A stretch of DNA of 54,436 bases, taken from positions 1-54,436 of the forward strand of contig JBGSYJ010000290.1 of assembly GCA_041750915.1 (NCBI GenBank), given 5' to 3'. Position numbers and translations under genes: made by a program. Source of the DNA: Thermoanaerobaculia bacterium (GTDB lineage Bacteria; Acidobacteriota; Thermoanaerobaculia; Gp7-AA8). Positions within the stretch are counted from its first letter, which is position 1; the number at the start of each line of letters is the position of its first letter. Shown here piece after piece: positions 1 through 9,117 of this stretch. The notes under the pieces were generated by a model, which was not told where the DNA came from, did not search any database, and worked only from the letters and a program-made list of their open reading frames with translations.

Positions 1-129
1 CCAAAGATCGTTCACGCATGGGTCTGAACCATCTCGTAGTGAATCCATGGCACGAAGAGCCGGATGCGGGAATCCTGCAAGTCCGGATCTGTGGGGGGCC
101 GGGAGGAGCAATCCTCCGGCCTACCCGAC
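1..129 (+). mobile_element. 3' end of a group II intron: RT/maturase C-terminus (1..27, PKIVHAWV*), domain V (~54-90) and domain VI ending ...CTACCCGAC
   Basis: GAAGAGCCGGATGCGGGAATCCTGCAAGTCCGGATCTG is a domain V with AGC triad, followed by a domain VI hairpin GGGCCGGGAGGAGCAATCCTCCGGCCTACCC and terminal AC. The PxIxH C-terminus is typical of intron RTs lacking an En domain. Confidence 0.9.
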
Positions 130-164
130 CCCCTCCCGCCCACCCGCGCTTGCTCGGGATGACA
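130..164. repeat. Family B palindromic repeat, right arm only (the intron's 3' exon)
   Basis: 130..172 is identical to 36259..36301 and ends in GCTCGGGATGACA like the full copies. Confidence 0.9.
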
Positions 165-211
165 AATCCTGCGGGGAGCTGCCCAAACTTTCCGGGAGGT
201 TCGTTCGCCGC

Positions 212-811
212 CTAACTCATACGGAGGCCACCGGGTTGTGACTCCGGAGGTGTCGGCTCGGGTTCCGGCGGTGCCTCTACAGGTGGAGGCGACGGTGGTG
301 GTTCTTCAATCGGCGTTTGGGTCGGTGAAGGTGTAGCAGCCGGCGTCGGTGATGGAACGAGAGTCGGCGCAGGGGTGGGAGTTGGCGTGGAGGTCCGGCG
401 CGGCGTGGGTGCCGGCGTGCTCGCAGGACGCTCGACCGAAGGGTTCGTCGTTCTCACGGGAGTCGCCCGAGGATCGGCCGCGGGAGGTTGTGCCACAGTC
501 CCGACTGTCGTCGGATCGAAGCCGCCGGGATCTGCCGTTGTCACGCTCGGATCGAGAATCGTGAAGGCTGTCGTCATGTCGAGGTTCGTTGCGGTCAATT
601 CGGGTGTCGGTGCGCTGATGGGAACCAGATCGCCGGGAGCGTGAATGGTCGAAGTCACTCCGCTGACGGAACCTTCATCGATCACCTGATACTGCTCGGT
701 CTGGCGGGCGAGTCCGTCCTCGGGCGCGCCGCAGCCCACCAGAGTGCAGATTCCGATGATCATCGGGATCAAACTGCGATGGCTGAGAGATTTACTGCCG
801 GTTTCTGACAT
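212..811 (-). CDS. Pro/Thr-rich putative lipoprotein, hypothetical
   Basis: Hydrophobic N-terminus with LVGC lipobox; PT-rich low-complexity C-terminal half. Confidence 0.7.
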   Translation of the reverse strand: MSETGSKSLSHRSLIPMIIGICTLVGCGAPEDGLARQTEQYQVIDEGSVSGVTSTIHAPGDLVPISAPTPELTATNLDMTTAFTILDPSVTTADPGGFDPTTVGTVAQPPAADPRATPVRTTNPSVERPASTPAPTPRRTSTPTPTPAPTLVPSPTPAATPSPTQTPIEEPPPSPPPVEAPPEPEPTPPESQPGGLRMS

Positions 812-824
812 GGCTTGGGGGGTG

Positions 825-839
825 GCAGTATCTATGCCA
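825..839 (-). promoter_or_regulatory. Putative sigma54 (-24/-12) promoter
   Basis: TGGCAT-N5-CTGC on the minus strand, 13 nt upstream of the ATG at 811; no Shine-Dalgarno. Confidence 0.55.
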
Positions 840-855
840 GAGGCGACACTGGCAC

Positions 856-945
856 AGTGTCATCCTGAGCGCAGCGAAGGATCCCCTGCCTACTCGCTGT
901 ATCGCAAGGATTGAGGAGATCCTTCGCTTCGCTCAGGATGACACT
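856..945. repeat. Family A palindromic (REP/MITE-like) element
   Basis: GTCATCCTGAGCGCAGCGAAGGATC...GATCCTTCGCTTCGCTCAGGATGAC; other copies at 15669, 19376 (half) and 20620. Confidence 0.9.
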
Positions 946-1062
946 TAGGGCCTTGAGTTGACGCCATTGTTCCGAGTCCCGGATGCAGTTTCGTAACCGC
1001 CTGCTGAAACGAAATCGTTACGTAGCTTGAGGACGAGCTCGACCGCGGTCTATCGTGTCCCA

Positions 1063-2376
1063 ATGCGCTTCGCTTTCCGGGCTGTTCTGCTGACGACGCT
1101 TCTCGGTGGTTGCGCGCTCTATTCGGACGTTGCGATCACGCCGCTGTTCGTCACCGGACTGAAGATCGATCGCGGCTCCACTCTCTATGAGATGGTCGAG
1201 CTCGGAGATTTCGGCCGGGCCTCGGCACACGCGAGGTTCGTCGATCGGAACGAAGGGAGTAGCGCGCGCGAGCTGGCCACACTCGGCCGGGCGGAGCTGG
1301 CCTCCGGACGTTTCGACCCGGCGCGCAGACATCTTCGCCAGGCGCTCGATCTCAAGCCCGCGAGAGAAGAGCGAGCCGCGATAGCGTGGGACCTCTCGCA
1401 GACCGAGTACCTCGCAAACAACTTCGCTTCTTCACGCGAGTGGGCCGAAGAAGCCTCGCGAGACGGCATGCGTATCAAACCGTGGCACCTGGACTACCTC
1501 GAGTCTCTGTCCGAGATCGAGGTCTATCGGATGACTTCGGCCGGCGAGGAACGCGTCGAAATGAAATTCGGCGAGCCGGACATTCCCCGAATTCATGTGG
1601 ACGTCAACGACCGTTCGCCCGCTACGGCGGTGATTGATTCCGGAGCGGTGCTTTCGATCGTGTCGGAGCAGTTCGCCGGAATTGCAGGGGTGAAGTCTCT
1701 CGGAAGTTTCAAGGGAACTTTTTACGGTCTGCTTGGCGAGCCGATCTCCGTGACGTTCGGGCTGATCGATTCGATGACTTTCGGAGGCCTTCGTGTCGAG
1801 AACATTCCGGTCGCAATCATGCCGGACTCCAAGCTTCACTTCTTCGTACACAAAGATGAGCCTTTCAGGATGGATCTGCTTCTCGGGGCGAACCTGCTGA
1901 AGGAGTTCCGGATCGAGTTCGACTTTCGAGGATCGTGGCTCGGCCTTACGCCGCTCACTCCTGCGATGCGACGACCAGCGGAAGATCAGAACCTCTTTTT
2001 CGTGGGATTCCGCCCGCTGGTTCAGGCGTCGATCAACCGGCGAGGGTGGTACCTGTTCCTTCTGGATACGGGCTCCGAGGTGACCTTTCTCAACGGCACG
2101 ATGCTGGAGCGGACGAACGTGCGCAACTTGCCTAAGATCCATGGCGCGCTCATGCAGGGTCTCGGCGGAGCGCAGCAGCGGGGCTCGAAGATCGAGAATG
2201 TCGACATCGGTGTGGATCGCTGGGCCGGGGCTTTCAAGACGCTGCCTCTTTACGGCAGTGAATCGAACGATGCGCTGGGGATACTTGGCCAGAACTACCT
2301 GAAAAACTTCCGCGTCATCCTGGACTTCGGACGGATGCGTCTCGATCTCGAGCCACCGCGCGGATTTCTGCGGTGA
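1063..2376 (+). CDS. Lipoprotein with TPR-like region and two retropepsin-like aspartyl protease domains
   Basis: LGGC lipobox; VIDSGA...LLGANLL and LLDTGS...GILGQNYL motifs; ATG at 1063 preferred to TTG at 1027. Confidence 0.85.
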   Translation: MRFAFRAVLLTTLLGGCALYSDVAITPLFVTGLKIDRGSTLYEMVELGDFGRASAHARFVDRNEGSSARELATLGRAELASGRFDPARRHLRQALDLKPAREERAAIAWDLSQTEYLANNFASSREWAEEASRDGMRIKPWHLDYLESLSEIEVYRMTSAGEERVEMKFGEPDIPRIHVDVNDRSPATAVIDSGAVLSIVSEQFAGIAGVKSLGSFKGTFYGLLGEPISVTFGLIDSMTFGGLRVENIPVAIMPDSKLHFFVHKDEPFRMDLLLGANLLKEFRIEFDFRGSWLGLTPLTPAMRRPAEDQNLFFVGFRPLVQASINRRGWYLFLLDTGSEVTFLNGTMLERTNVRNLPKIHGALMQGLGGAQQRGSKIENVDIGVDRWAGAFKTLPLYGSESNDALGILGQNYLKNFRVILDFGRMRLDLEPPRGFLR

Positions 2377-2406
2377 GTCTCTAGATCAACGGAGATCTGG
2401 CGGACT

Positions 2407-2579
2407 TGTCATCCCGAGCAAGCGTGGGTGTGTGGGAGGGGCGAGGGAACTCCGGCGGTAGTACATAGTTCATACGTCACGGGGGCGGGTCGAAATGCGG
2501 GCGTCTCCTCGAGGCAATTATGTACCATCGCGAGAGGTCCCTCGCCCCTCCCGCACACCCGACCAAGCTCGGGATGACA
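2407..2579. repeat. Family B palindromic element (~170 bp), full copy
   Basis: TGTCATCCCGAGC..GGGAGGGGCGAGGGA..GTACATA / TATGTAC..TCCCTCGCCCCTCC..GCTCGGGATGACA; lies between convergent genes. Confidence 0.9.
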
Positions 2580-2617
2580 CTGGTTCATCCGCGCGCAGAC
2601 GAAGGACCTGTCCATCT

Positions 2618-4495
2618 TCACGCCGGTTCAATGCTCGCGCGTTCCCCCGCCTGACCGAGATCGCCGAACACTTCGATCGCCAGATCGACGCGGCCCAGCG
2701 GGGCCGACACCTGCACTCCGGCGACCTGGCCGCGAACTCTCGCCAGAGTTTCTCTCGCGATCGCCACTCCCTCGCGAAGTCCGTGCTCCCTGCTCTTCTC
2801 TGAAGCGACGCGCATCCGTTCGAGAACGTGGTCCGGTACGGAGACTCCCGGGACCTCGTTGTTCATGAACAGTGCGTTCCGATACGACAGAAGCGGCCAG
2901 ATTCCGGCGACGATCGGGATGCGGTGCCCGCCTACCCGATGAAGAAAGAGCTCGAGTTGATCGGCGTCGAATACAGGCTGCGTGATTGCGTACTCCGCTC
3001 CGGCGTCGATCTTCCACGCAAATCTCGACAGCTCGTATTCGAGATCGAGGTGACCGGGATTGACTCCCACGCCCACGGTGAACTCAGTGGGTTGTCCGAA
3101 CGGGTTTCCTCCGAGGTCGAGGCCGCGGTTCATTAGATGGACCATGTTCGTCAGGCCGATCGAGTCGATGTCGAACACCGCTGTGGCGTCGGGGTAAGGA
3201 CCCATTTTGGGAGGATCGCCCGTGATGAGCAGCAGGTTGTGCAGGCCGAGCGCCGCGCACCCAAGAAGGTCCGAGTGCATGCCGAGAAGATTGCGATCGC
3301 GGCAGCAGTAGTGAAGGATGGCTTCAATTCCGACACGCTGCTGAATCAGCACGGCCACGGCGATCGCACCCATCCTGTTCTGGGCGCGTGGTCCGTCCGG
3401 AACGTTCACGCCGTCGATTCCAGCATCACGGATCTTCTGCACGCCTTCGAGCATCGCCTCGGCATTCGGGCCCTTGGGCGGCGTGATCTCGATCGTCGTC
3501 ACGAACTCACCGGCGGCGATTTTGGCTCCCCAGCGTGAGCGCGACGCGAAGGGCACCGGCTCGGTTCCTTCGGGCTCGGTCTTTTCATTCCTGCGCTCGA
3601 GCACGACGAACTGACGGCGCGGTGATAGTGGCCGGACCGCGTCCGCCATCATCTTGATGTGCTCTGGAGTCGTGCCGCAGCAACCTCCGATGAACTTCAC
3701 CCCCTTGTGAATCAGGCGGCGGGCGTATTTGCTCATGTACTCGGGCGAAGCCATGTACATCTGCCTGCCGTGCACATCGCGTGGCTGCCCTGCGTTCGGC
3801 TGGCAGGAGATTTTGCGGGCCGTAGCGTCTGCCAGTTCCTCAACGGCGTCGAGCATGACATCGGGTCCCACCGAGCAGTTGAGCCCGATAACGTCAGCGC
3901 CGGCGGATTCGAGCCTCCGCGCGATCGTCGTCACCGAGTCTCCGAAGATGGTCTGCCGGTCGGTGCCGATGGTCATCTGCGCGACGATCGGCAGGGAACA
4001 GAGATCGCGAATTGCGCGGATGGCCTGCTCGATCTCCGCGATGTTCGAGAAGGTTTCGAGAGTGAACAGATCGACATCGCCTTCCAGCAGCGCGGCTGCC
4101 TGTTCGGCGAACACCTCACGCGCTTCGTCGAGTGACGTCGGCCCGTACGGCTCGATGCGAATTCCCAGCGGTCCGATCGCTCCCGCAACGTAAATCGAGT
4201 CGCCCGCCGCCTCGTGCGCGAGCCGGGCAGCCCGCGCATTGATGTCGAGAAGCTGCTCCTCCAGGCCAAAGCCGCGAAGCTTGATCCGATTCGCACCGTA
4301 CGTATTGGTCTCCAGAATCTCGGCGCCGGCCTTCACATAGCTGCGGTGCACATCGAGCACGAGCTCGGGGTTCTGGAGGTTCAGCTCGTCATAGCACTTG
4401 TTGATGAAGACGCCCTTCGAGTAGAGCATCGTTCCCATCGCGCCATCGAACAGATAGACGTGGGAGTCGGCGATAGCCTGAACGAAGTCCTTCAT
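2618..4495 (-). CDS. yitJ: Bifunctional homocysteine S-methyltransferase / methylenetetrahydrofolate reductase
   Basis: DGAMGT, GLNC, PNAG and GGCCGTTPEHI motifs, then an MTHFR domain (HYCCRDRN, ITGDPP, TQPVFD); start at MKDF with AGGA upstream. Confidence 0.93.
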   Translation of the reverse strand: MKDFVQAIADSHVYLFDGAMGTMLYSKGVFINKCYDELNLQNPELVLDVHRSYVKAGAEILETNTYGANRIKLRGFGLEEQLLDINARAARLAHEAAGDSIYVAGAIGPLGIRIEPYGPTSLDEAREVFAEQAAALLEGDVDLFTLETFSNIAEIEQAIRAIRDLCSLPIVAQMTIGTDRQTIFGDSVTTIARRLESAGADVIGLNCSVGPDVMLDAVEELADATARKISCQPNAGQPRDVHGRQMYMASPEYMSKYARRLIHKGVKFIGGCCGTTPEHIKMMADAVRPLSPRRQFVVLERRNEKTEPEGTEPVPFASRSRWGAKIAAGEFVTTIEITPPKGPNAEAMLEGVQKIRDAGIDGVNVPDGPRAQNRMGAIAVAVLIQQRVGIEAILHYCCRDRNLLGMHSDLLGCAALGLHNLLLITGDPPKMGPYPDATAVFDIDSIGLTNMVHLMNRGLDLGGNPFGQPTEFTVGVGVNPGHLDLEYELSRFAWKIDAGAEYAITQPVFDADQLELFLHRVGGHRIPIVAGIWPLLSYRNALFMNNEVPGVSVPDHVLERMRVASEKSREHGLREGVAIARETLARVRGQVAGVQVSAPLGRVDLAIEVFGDLGQAGERASIEPA

Positions 4496-4515
4496 GATCC
4501 TGTGTCCTGAAACGC

Positions 4516-4542
4516 AAAAAGCCCCACACACTCGTGCGGGGC
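4516..4542 (-). terminator. Intrinsic terminator in the yitJ leader (riboswitch expression platform)
   Basis: Minus strand GCCCCGCAC-loop-GTGTGGGGC followed by TTTTT. Confidence 0.75.
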
Positions 4543-4571
4543 CAACAATGAAACCTCGATTGTTGCGGCGA

Positions 4572-4620
4572 CTTTAGCTTTTTTTAGGCTGGTAGCAATC
4601 GGCCCCAAATTCTTCCAGCA
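4572..4620 (-). ncRNA. SAM-II class riboswitch
   Basis: Minus strand GCTGG-aag-ATTT-gggg-CCG-a-TTGC-ta-CCAGC-A-rich linker-GCTAAAG matches the SAM-II pseudoknot pattern; upstream of a methionine gene. Confidence 0.8.
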
Positions 4621-4678
4621 GAGATGACTGTAAGCCTGCCGGGGCAGACTGTCAAATCATGAGAGAACCGTTGCCGAT

Positions 4679-6841
4679 TCACTCCTCGCCGCTGACGCGC
4701 TTCCACCATCGCTCGATCTTTTCGATCCGATCCTCAGTGCGCTGCCGCTCCTGGTCGATCTCCGCTGCCCAACGGCGGAACTTGTCGAACGTGATCGCGG
4801 CAGGCTCGTCGAACGACTCGTCCTCGAAGAGGACATCGCGCGCGATCTTTCCGAAGAAGCCGCGGGGACACCGGCGCGTCGGCGCGGTGCCGTTGAGAAA
4901 TACTTCGCGGACCGGACCGGGACACCCTTCCGCCCAGAGATAGCCGCTCTCGGGATCGATCTGTTTCTCGGTCAGGCCGTCCGGCGCGGCGATCGTCTTC
5001 TTTCCAGCCGGTATCTCGCGCATGTAGCTTCCCCATATGGGCAGCGCAGCCTCGGCCGATGACAGTCGCAAAGGCGTGCCGCGGTCGTAGCCGACCCAGA
5101 CCGCCGTGACCAGTTCCGGCGTGTAACCGACGAACCACGCATCACGATAGTCGTTCGTGGTGCCGGTCTTCCCGGCGGCGTGGCTTAGACCATAGCGTCG
5201 GAGCCGGCTTGCTGTTCCCTGGCGGACGACGCCGCGAAGCAGAGAGTGCATGATGTACGCGGGAGCCGCGTCGATGACCGGCGTGATCTCCGGGTCCTGC
5301 CGGAAGAGCTCTTTCCCGTCCCTGTCTCTGACCTCTGTGAGAAGAAACGGCTTCGCCTGTCTTCCGAGATTCGGAAAGATCGTGTAAGCACCTGAGAGCT
5401 CGCGAAGAGACACCTCCCCGACGCCGAGAGGAAGGGCGGGGATGTCGGGAAAGTCGGAGAAGCCGACGTCTCTTGCCGTACGAAGCACGCGGCGGTTTCC
5501 GATCTCTGAAGTCATACGGATCGTCGGTACATTCAGCGATTTTTCAAAAGCCTCCCTCACGGTGACACGTCCCCGGAACTTCTCGTCGTAGTTGCGAGGC
5601 TCCCACGATTCGCTGCCCGCGAGGTCGACCCTGAGCGGCGTGTCGAGCAGAAAGCTCGCAGGCGTGTACTTGCGTGAACTGATCGCGGCGAGGTACGCAA
5701 AGGTCTTGAACGCTGAGCCGGGTTGCCGCTTCATCTGGAGAGTGCGGTCGAAGCCCGGAGCGGCAGGATTCGATCCGCCGATCAGCGCGCGGACTCCCCC
5801 GCTTGCGGGATCGACCGAGAGCAGCGCGACCTGGAGCGGCTCATTCTTCGACTGGCGGCGCAGCCAGGAGTAACGGGAGCTGAGCGAGCGAAGTCCGGCC
5901 CGCGTTGCCTCTTCGGCATGCGTCTGCATCGCCGGATCGATCTCCGCCACGATCTCGAGCCCGCTTTTCCGCAGAGTCTTACGGCCGGTCTCACGCACGA
6001 TCTCAGCGCGGAGCGCGGCGAGATAGAACGGGTACGGCTGACGGGGAAGCTGTCCGGCGCGAAGCTGCAACGGCCGGCGGCTTGCACGGCGATACTCGTC
6101 TTCCGTGATCCAGTTGTGAACCTGCATGGTGCGAAGGATTGCGTCACGGCGCGCGCGCGCGAGCTCGGGACGCTTGTCGGGAGTGTCTCGGTTCGGAGCT
6201 CGGATGATTCCGGCGAGCAGCGCCGCTTCGTCGACACGCAACTGCGCCGGAGTTCGGTTGAAAAACAGACGGGCGGCCTCGTCGACGCCGAGGATCGGCC
6301 TTCCTGCGTGATGTCCGAGATAGACGTCGTTCAGGTAGGCCTCGAGCACTTCTTCCTTCGAGAATCGGAAATCGAGGCTGATGGCGAGAAAGATCTCGAG
6401 AAGCTTGCGGCGGTACGTTCGCTCCGCGGTCAGGTACTTCGCTTTGATCAGCTGCTGATTGATCGTACTGCCGCCCTGCTCAATGGTTCCTGCACGTACG
6501 TTTGCGAACAGAGCGCGAATGATTCCAACGGGATCGATTCCGAAATGCTTACGGAACCTGACGTCCTCTGCCGCGATGAATGCATTGACTACGTGAGGCG
6601 GCATGTCTTCGATCTTGATCGGAGTCGTCACGCGCCAGTCGGCGCCGTAGACTTCTGCGACGAGTTTCCCGGTCGGCTTGCTGACGATACGCGTTGGCTC
6701 GCGCCACGGGCGATCGCGCATCTCGCGAGACACCTGTCTGTCGAGTACGAATAGATAAGCGGACGACGCGACGAGCACCAGAAAGATCGGTATCGCGATC
6801 AAGATAAGCACTGCGTTGAGAAGTTTGCGCATGGCGGTCAT
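4679..6841 (-). CDS. Class A penicillin-binding protein (transglycosylase/transpeptidase)
   Basis: EDVRFRKHFG, QGGSTINQQL, QPGSAFK, SLN and KTGT motifs; N-terminal TM helix. Confidence 0.95.
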   Translation of the reverse strand: MTAMRKLLNAVLILIAIPIFLVLVASSAYLFVLDRQVSREMRDRPWREPTRIVSKPTGKLVAEVYGADWRVTTPIKIEDMPPHVVNAFIAAEDVRFRKHFGIDPVGIIRALFANVRAGTIEQGGSTINQQLIKAKYLTAERTYRRKLLEIFLAISLDFRFSKEEVLEAYLNDVYLGHHAGRPILGVDEAARLFFNRTPAQLRVDEAALLAGIIRAPNRDTPDKRPELARARRDAILRTMQVHNWITEDEYRRASRRPLQLRAGQLPRQPYPFYLAALRAEIVRETGRKTLRKSGLEIVAEIDPAMQTHAEEATRAGLRSLSSRYSWLRRQSKNEPLQVALLSVDPASGGVRALIGGSNPAAPGFDRTLQMKRQPGSAFKTFAYLAAISSRKYTPASFLLDTPLRVDLAGSESWEPRNYDEKFRGRVTVREAFEKSLNVPTIRMTSEIGNRRVLRTARDVGFSDFPDIPALPLGVGEVSLRELSGAYTIFPNLGRQAKPFLLTEVRDRDGKELFRQDPEITPVIDAAPAYIMHSLLRGVVRQGTASRLRRYGLSHAAGKTGTTNDYRDAWFVGYTPELVTAVWVGYDRGTPLRLSSAEAALPIWGSYMREIPAGKKTIAAPDGLTEKQIDPESGYLWAEGCPGPVREVFLNGTAPTRRCPRGFFGKIARDVLFEDESFDEPAAITFDKFRRWAAEIDQERQRTEDRIEKIERWWKRVSGEE

Positions 6842-7045
6842 CTATCAATACGTGCTGCGCAACACGGAGTTCAACACCTGATCAGTAGTTGCAGCTGCGT
6901 CGAACCTGTGATGGAAAGTGAGTTTCATGCGTGACATTCTTCGCGCGTTCGTCTACATTAGTCGTGCAACGGATTTGCCACGTGGCACGATTTCCGTTTC
7001 AAAAGGTACGGCTCCCCAGCAGACTTTTGAAAAGGAGAAATCAAA

Positions 7046-7615
7046 ATGGCGACATCCAAGAAGAGCTCTTCCAAAAAAGGCGGAGCAAAGAAGTCCTCTG
7101 CAAAGCGTCCCGCAGCGCGTAAGTCTTCCGCAAAGAAGGCTGGTGCAAAGCGTCCGGCAGCTCGCAAAGGCGGCGCGAAGAAGGCTACTGCTCGCAAGAG
7201 CGGCGCGAAGAAGGCCACTGCTCGCAAGGGCGGCGCAAAGAAGGCCACTGCTCGCAAGAGCGGCGCGAAGAAGGCCACCGCTCGCAAGGGCGGCGCGAAG
7301 AAGTCCGCACGCAAAGCTGGTGCGAAGAAGGCCTCCAGAAAGTCCGGAGCTAAAAAATCTGGCTCTAAAAAGGCCTCAAAGGCCTCTGGCAGAAGTAGCG
7401 CCCGGTCCAGGGGAGGCGGCAAGTCAGCCGCCAAGGCTCCGAAGAAGCCTGCTGCCCCGAAGAAGGCTGCTGCCCCGAAGAAGAAGGCAGCTGCTCGTCC
7501 GAAGCGCAAGTCAGTGGCCAAACGCGCAGTCGATGCAGTCAAGGAGACGGCCAGTTCCATCACCGACTCCATCAGCTCCATGATGAAACCAGCACCGGAA
7601 GGCGCCAGTTCCTGA
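7046..7615 (+). CDS. Histone H1-like Lys/Ala-rich DNA-binding protein
   Basis: AAGGAG RBS; repeated KKATARK(S/G)GA units; terminator downstream. Confidence 0.8.
   Translation: MATSKKSSSKKGGAKKSSAKRPAARKSSAKKAGAKRPAARKGGAKKATARKSGAKKATARKGGAKKATARKSGAKKATARKGGAKKSARKAGAKKASRKSGAKKSGSKKASKASGRSSARSRGGGKSAAKAPKKPAAPKKAAAPKKKAAARPKRKSVAKRAVDAVKETASSITDSISSMMKPAPEGASS
7160..7303 (+). repeat. 30-bp coding tandem repeat (~5 copies)
   Basis: GCTCGCAAG(A/G)GCGGCGCGAAGAAGGCCACT units at 7160, 7190, 7220, 7250 and 7280. Confidence 0.9.
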
Positions 7616-7640
7616 CTGACCCTTCGAACACGCTTCAACG

Positions 7641-7675
7641 AAAAAGACTCCGGCATCGCCGGAGTCTTTTTTTTT
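7641..7675 (+). terminator. Intrinsic (probably bidirectional) terminator
   Basis: AAAAAGACTCCGGC-atc-GCCGGAGTC followed by T9. Confidence 0.9.
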
Positions 7676-7707
7676 GTTCTGAGTTGTGAGTTGTGAGTTG
7701 TGAGTTG
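7676..7707. repeat. Heptamer tandem repeat GTT(C/G)TGA x4
   Basis: Directly visible in the sequence. Confidence 0.85.
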
Positions 7708-7730
7708 CTAACAGAGAACGAATGCGTGCC

Positions 7731-7942
7731 TCGCGCCGGAGGCGCGTCAGAGGGTAGCCGGTGGCAAGTGAAGCGCAGCCACCGGTACGCAGTGCGCGAA
7801 AACTCTCCGCCCCGGACGGGGCGGCAGAACAAAGTCGGATCTAGCACCCCTGCCGGGGTGCGTGTAGAAGAAGGGCAATCCTTTCCGGTGGCTACGCTGC
7901 GCTTGCCACCGGCTACCCTCTCGGCGCACCTCCGGTGCGCGA
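7731..7942. repeat. Family D palindromic element (~210 bp)
   Basis: GAGGGTAGCCGGTGGCAAG..GCAGCCACCGG / CCGGTGGCTAC..CTTGCCACCGGCTACCCTC with internal CCCCTGCCGGGG; half copy at 42004. Confidence 0.85.
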
Positions 7943-8031
7943 TTCATCAACAGTGTCAAGACATGTCGCAATTCGGCGCGCGATTCATCAACATCAGCCA
8001 TGGCACGTCGGCCCCGCGACGCGATTGTGCG

Positions 8032-9117
8032 CTAACGAACGTCGACGAAGAACCGTCGAATGCGGGGGGAGAAGTACTCCGGAGACAGCACGGTCATTCC
8101 ATTCAGCCTTGCCTGCCGGAACGCGTTCTCGGAAGCCTGGCGCATGGCGTTGTTGCGCTCTCCATCGATGTAGTACTCGGAATAGCGCGACGCTCCGAGG
8201 AATGCCCAGAGGAAACCGTTGCTCGGATTCTCACGGGTGAGACTGATCAGCTGCGCTGAGGCTTCCGCGTATCGCCCGCCGTAATACGAATCGAGGGCGG
8301 CACGGACGCGGCGTTTCATTTCTTCCTGAGGGTCGCCGGCGGGTATCACCTCGAACTGAAGGCGCGCTCCCTCCGCTGCATCCGATACGCGTCCCCAGTC
8401 AGCGGCAGATCTTGCTCTTTGCTGGAGTGATCGCGCAAGCTGGAGTTGCTTGGTGCCATTGTCCAGAAGCTGGCGCGCCTGAGGTGTTCGCGCCCGCCCG
8501 TCGGCTGCCACTCTGGCGGCCTCCGCTCGAGCGAGGAGTTCTCGCGCCTGCTCTGCGGCCAGCCGTGCAGACGTGCCATCCGGTGTCGGTGTGGCGCGCG
8601 TCGGAGAAATGACGACCAGAGGCGTCGGTGTGGCGCGCGTCGGAGAAATGACGACCAAAGGCGTCGGTGTGGCGCGTGTAGGCGTCGGCGTCAATGGCGG
8701 CCGCGTCGGAGTCGGAGTCGGAGTTGGTGTCGGAGGCGCCTGTGTCGGGGTGGGAGGCGGAGTGGCCGCCTCGATCTTCCGAAGATAGGAGTCGACCGAT
8801 CCGAGAGGCAGTGCACCCGGACCCTGTGTGCGATTGAGATCGCTCTTTGCGGCGGCGAAGTTCCCGCGCTCGAAGTGGGCGACGCCCCGGTAGTAGTAGG
8901 GACGGTAGACAACAAAGATATTCCCGTAGGATCGTTCGCGTCCCTCGCTGTTCTTCTGTCGGAGCGCGGCGTCCATCCTTGTGATGACCGTATCCCAGTC
9001 GTTGCGCTTCGCTGCCGCGATGCCGGCGTCATAGTCGTCATACCAGGCGGCGGATGCCGATGACGCGGTGAACAGTAGACAGGCTGTGAACGCGATCGCC
9101 TTCAGCGAAGCTCTCAT
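8032..9117 (-). CDS. Secreted TPR-like protein with Pro/Thr-rich linker
   Basis: Signal peptide, TPR-like helices (PYYYRGVAHFERG), PTPT linker; overlaps the kinase stop codon. Confidence 0.75.
   Translation of the reverse strand: MRASLKAIAFTACLLFTASSASAAWYDDYDAGIAAAKRNDWDTVITRMDAALRQKNSEGRERSYGNIFVVYRPYYYRGVAHFERGNFAAAKSDLNRTQGPGALPLGSVDSYLRKIEAATPPPTPTQAPPTPTPTPTPTRPPLTPTPTRATPTPLVVISPTRATPTPLVVISPTRATPTPDGTSARLAAEQARELLARAEAARVAADGRARTPQARQLLDNGTKQLQLARSLQQRARSAADWGRVSDAAEGARLQFEVIPAGDPQEEMKRRVRAALDSYYGGRYAEASAQLISLTRENPSNGFLWAFLGASRYSEYYIDGERNNAMRQASENAFRQARLNGMTVLSPEYFSPRIRRFFVDVR
8585..8676 (-). repeat. 39-bp coding tandem repeat (TPTPLVVISPTRA x2+)
   Basis: Units begin at 8585, 8624 and 8663. 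Confidence 0.85.

Noticed and set aside
856-945. Palindromic elements as simple Rho-independent terminators or tRNAs
   Set aside because: They have no U-tracts or cloverleaf, are multicopy with conserved arms, and also occur between divergent genes. No tRNA or rRNA was recognised in the window.
6958-7656. 232-aa Ala/Phe-rich minus-strand ORF
   Set aside because: Mirror of the H1-like repeat gene, which has the RBS and terminator.
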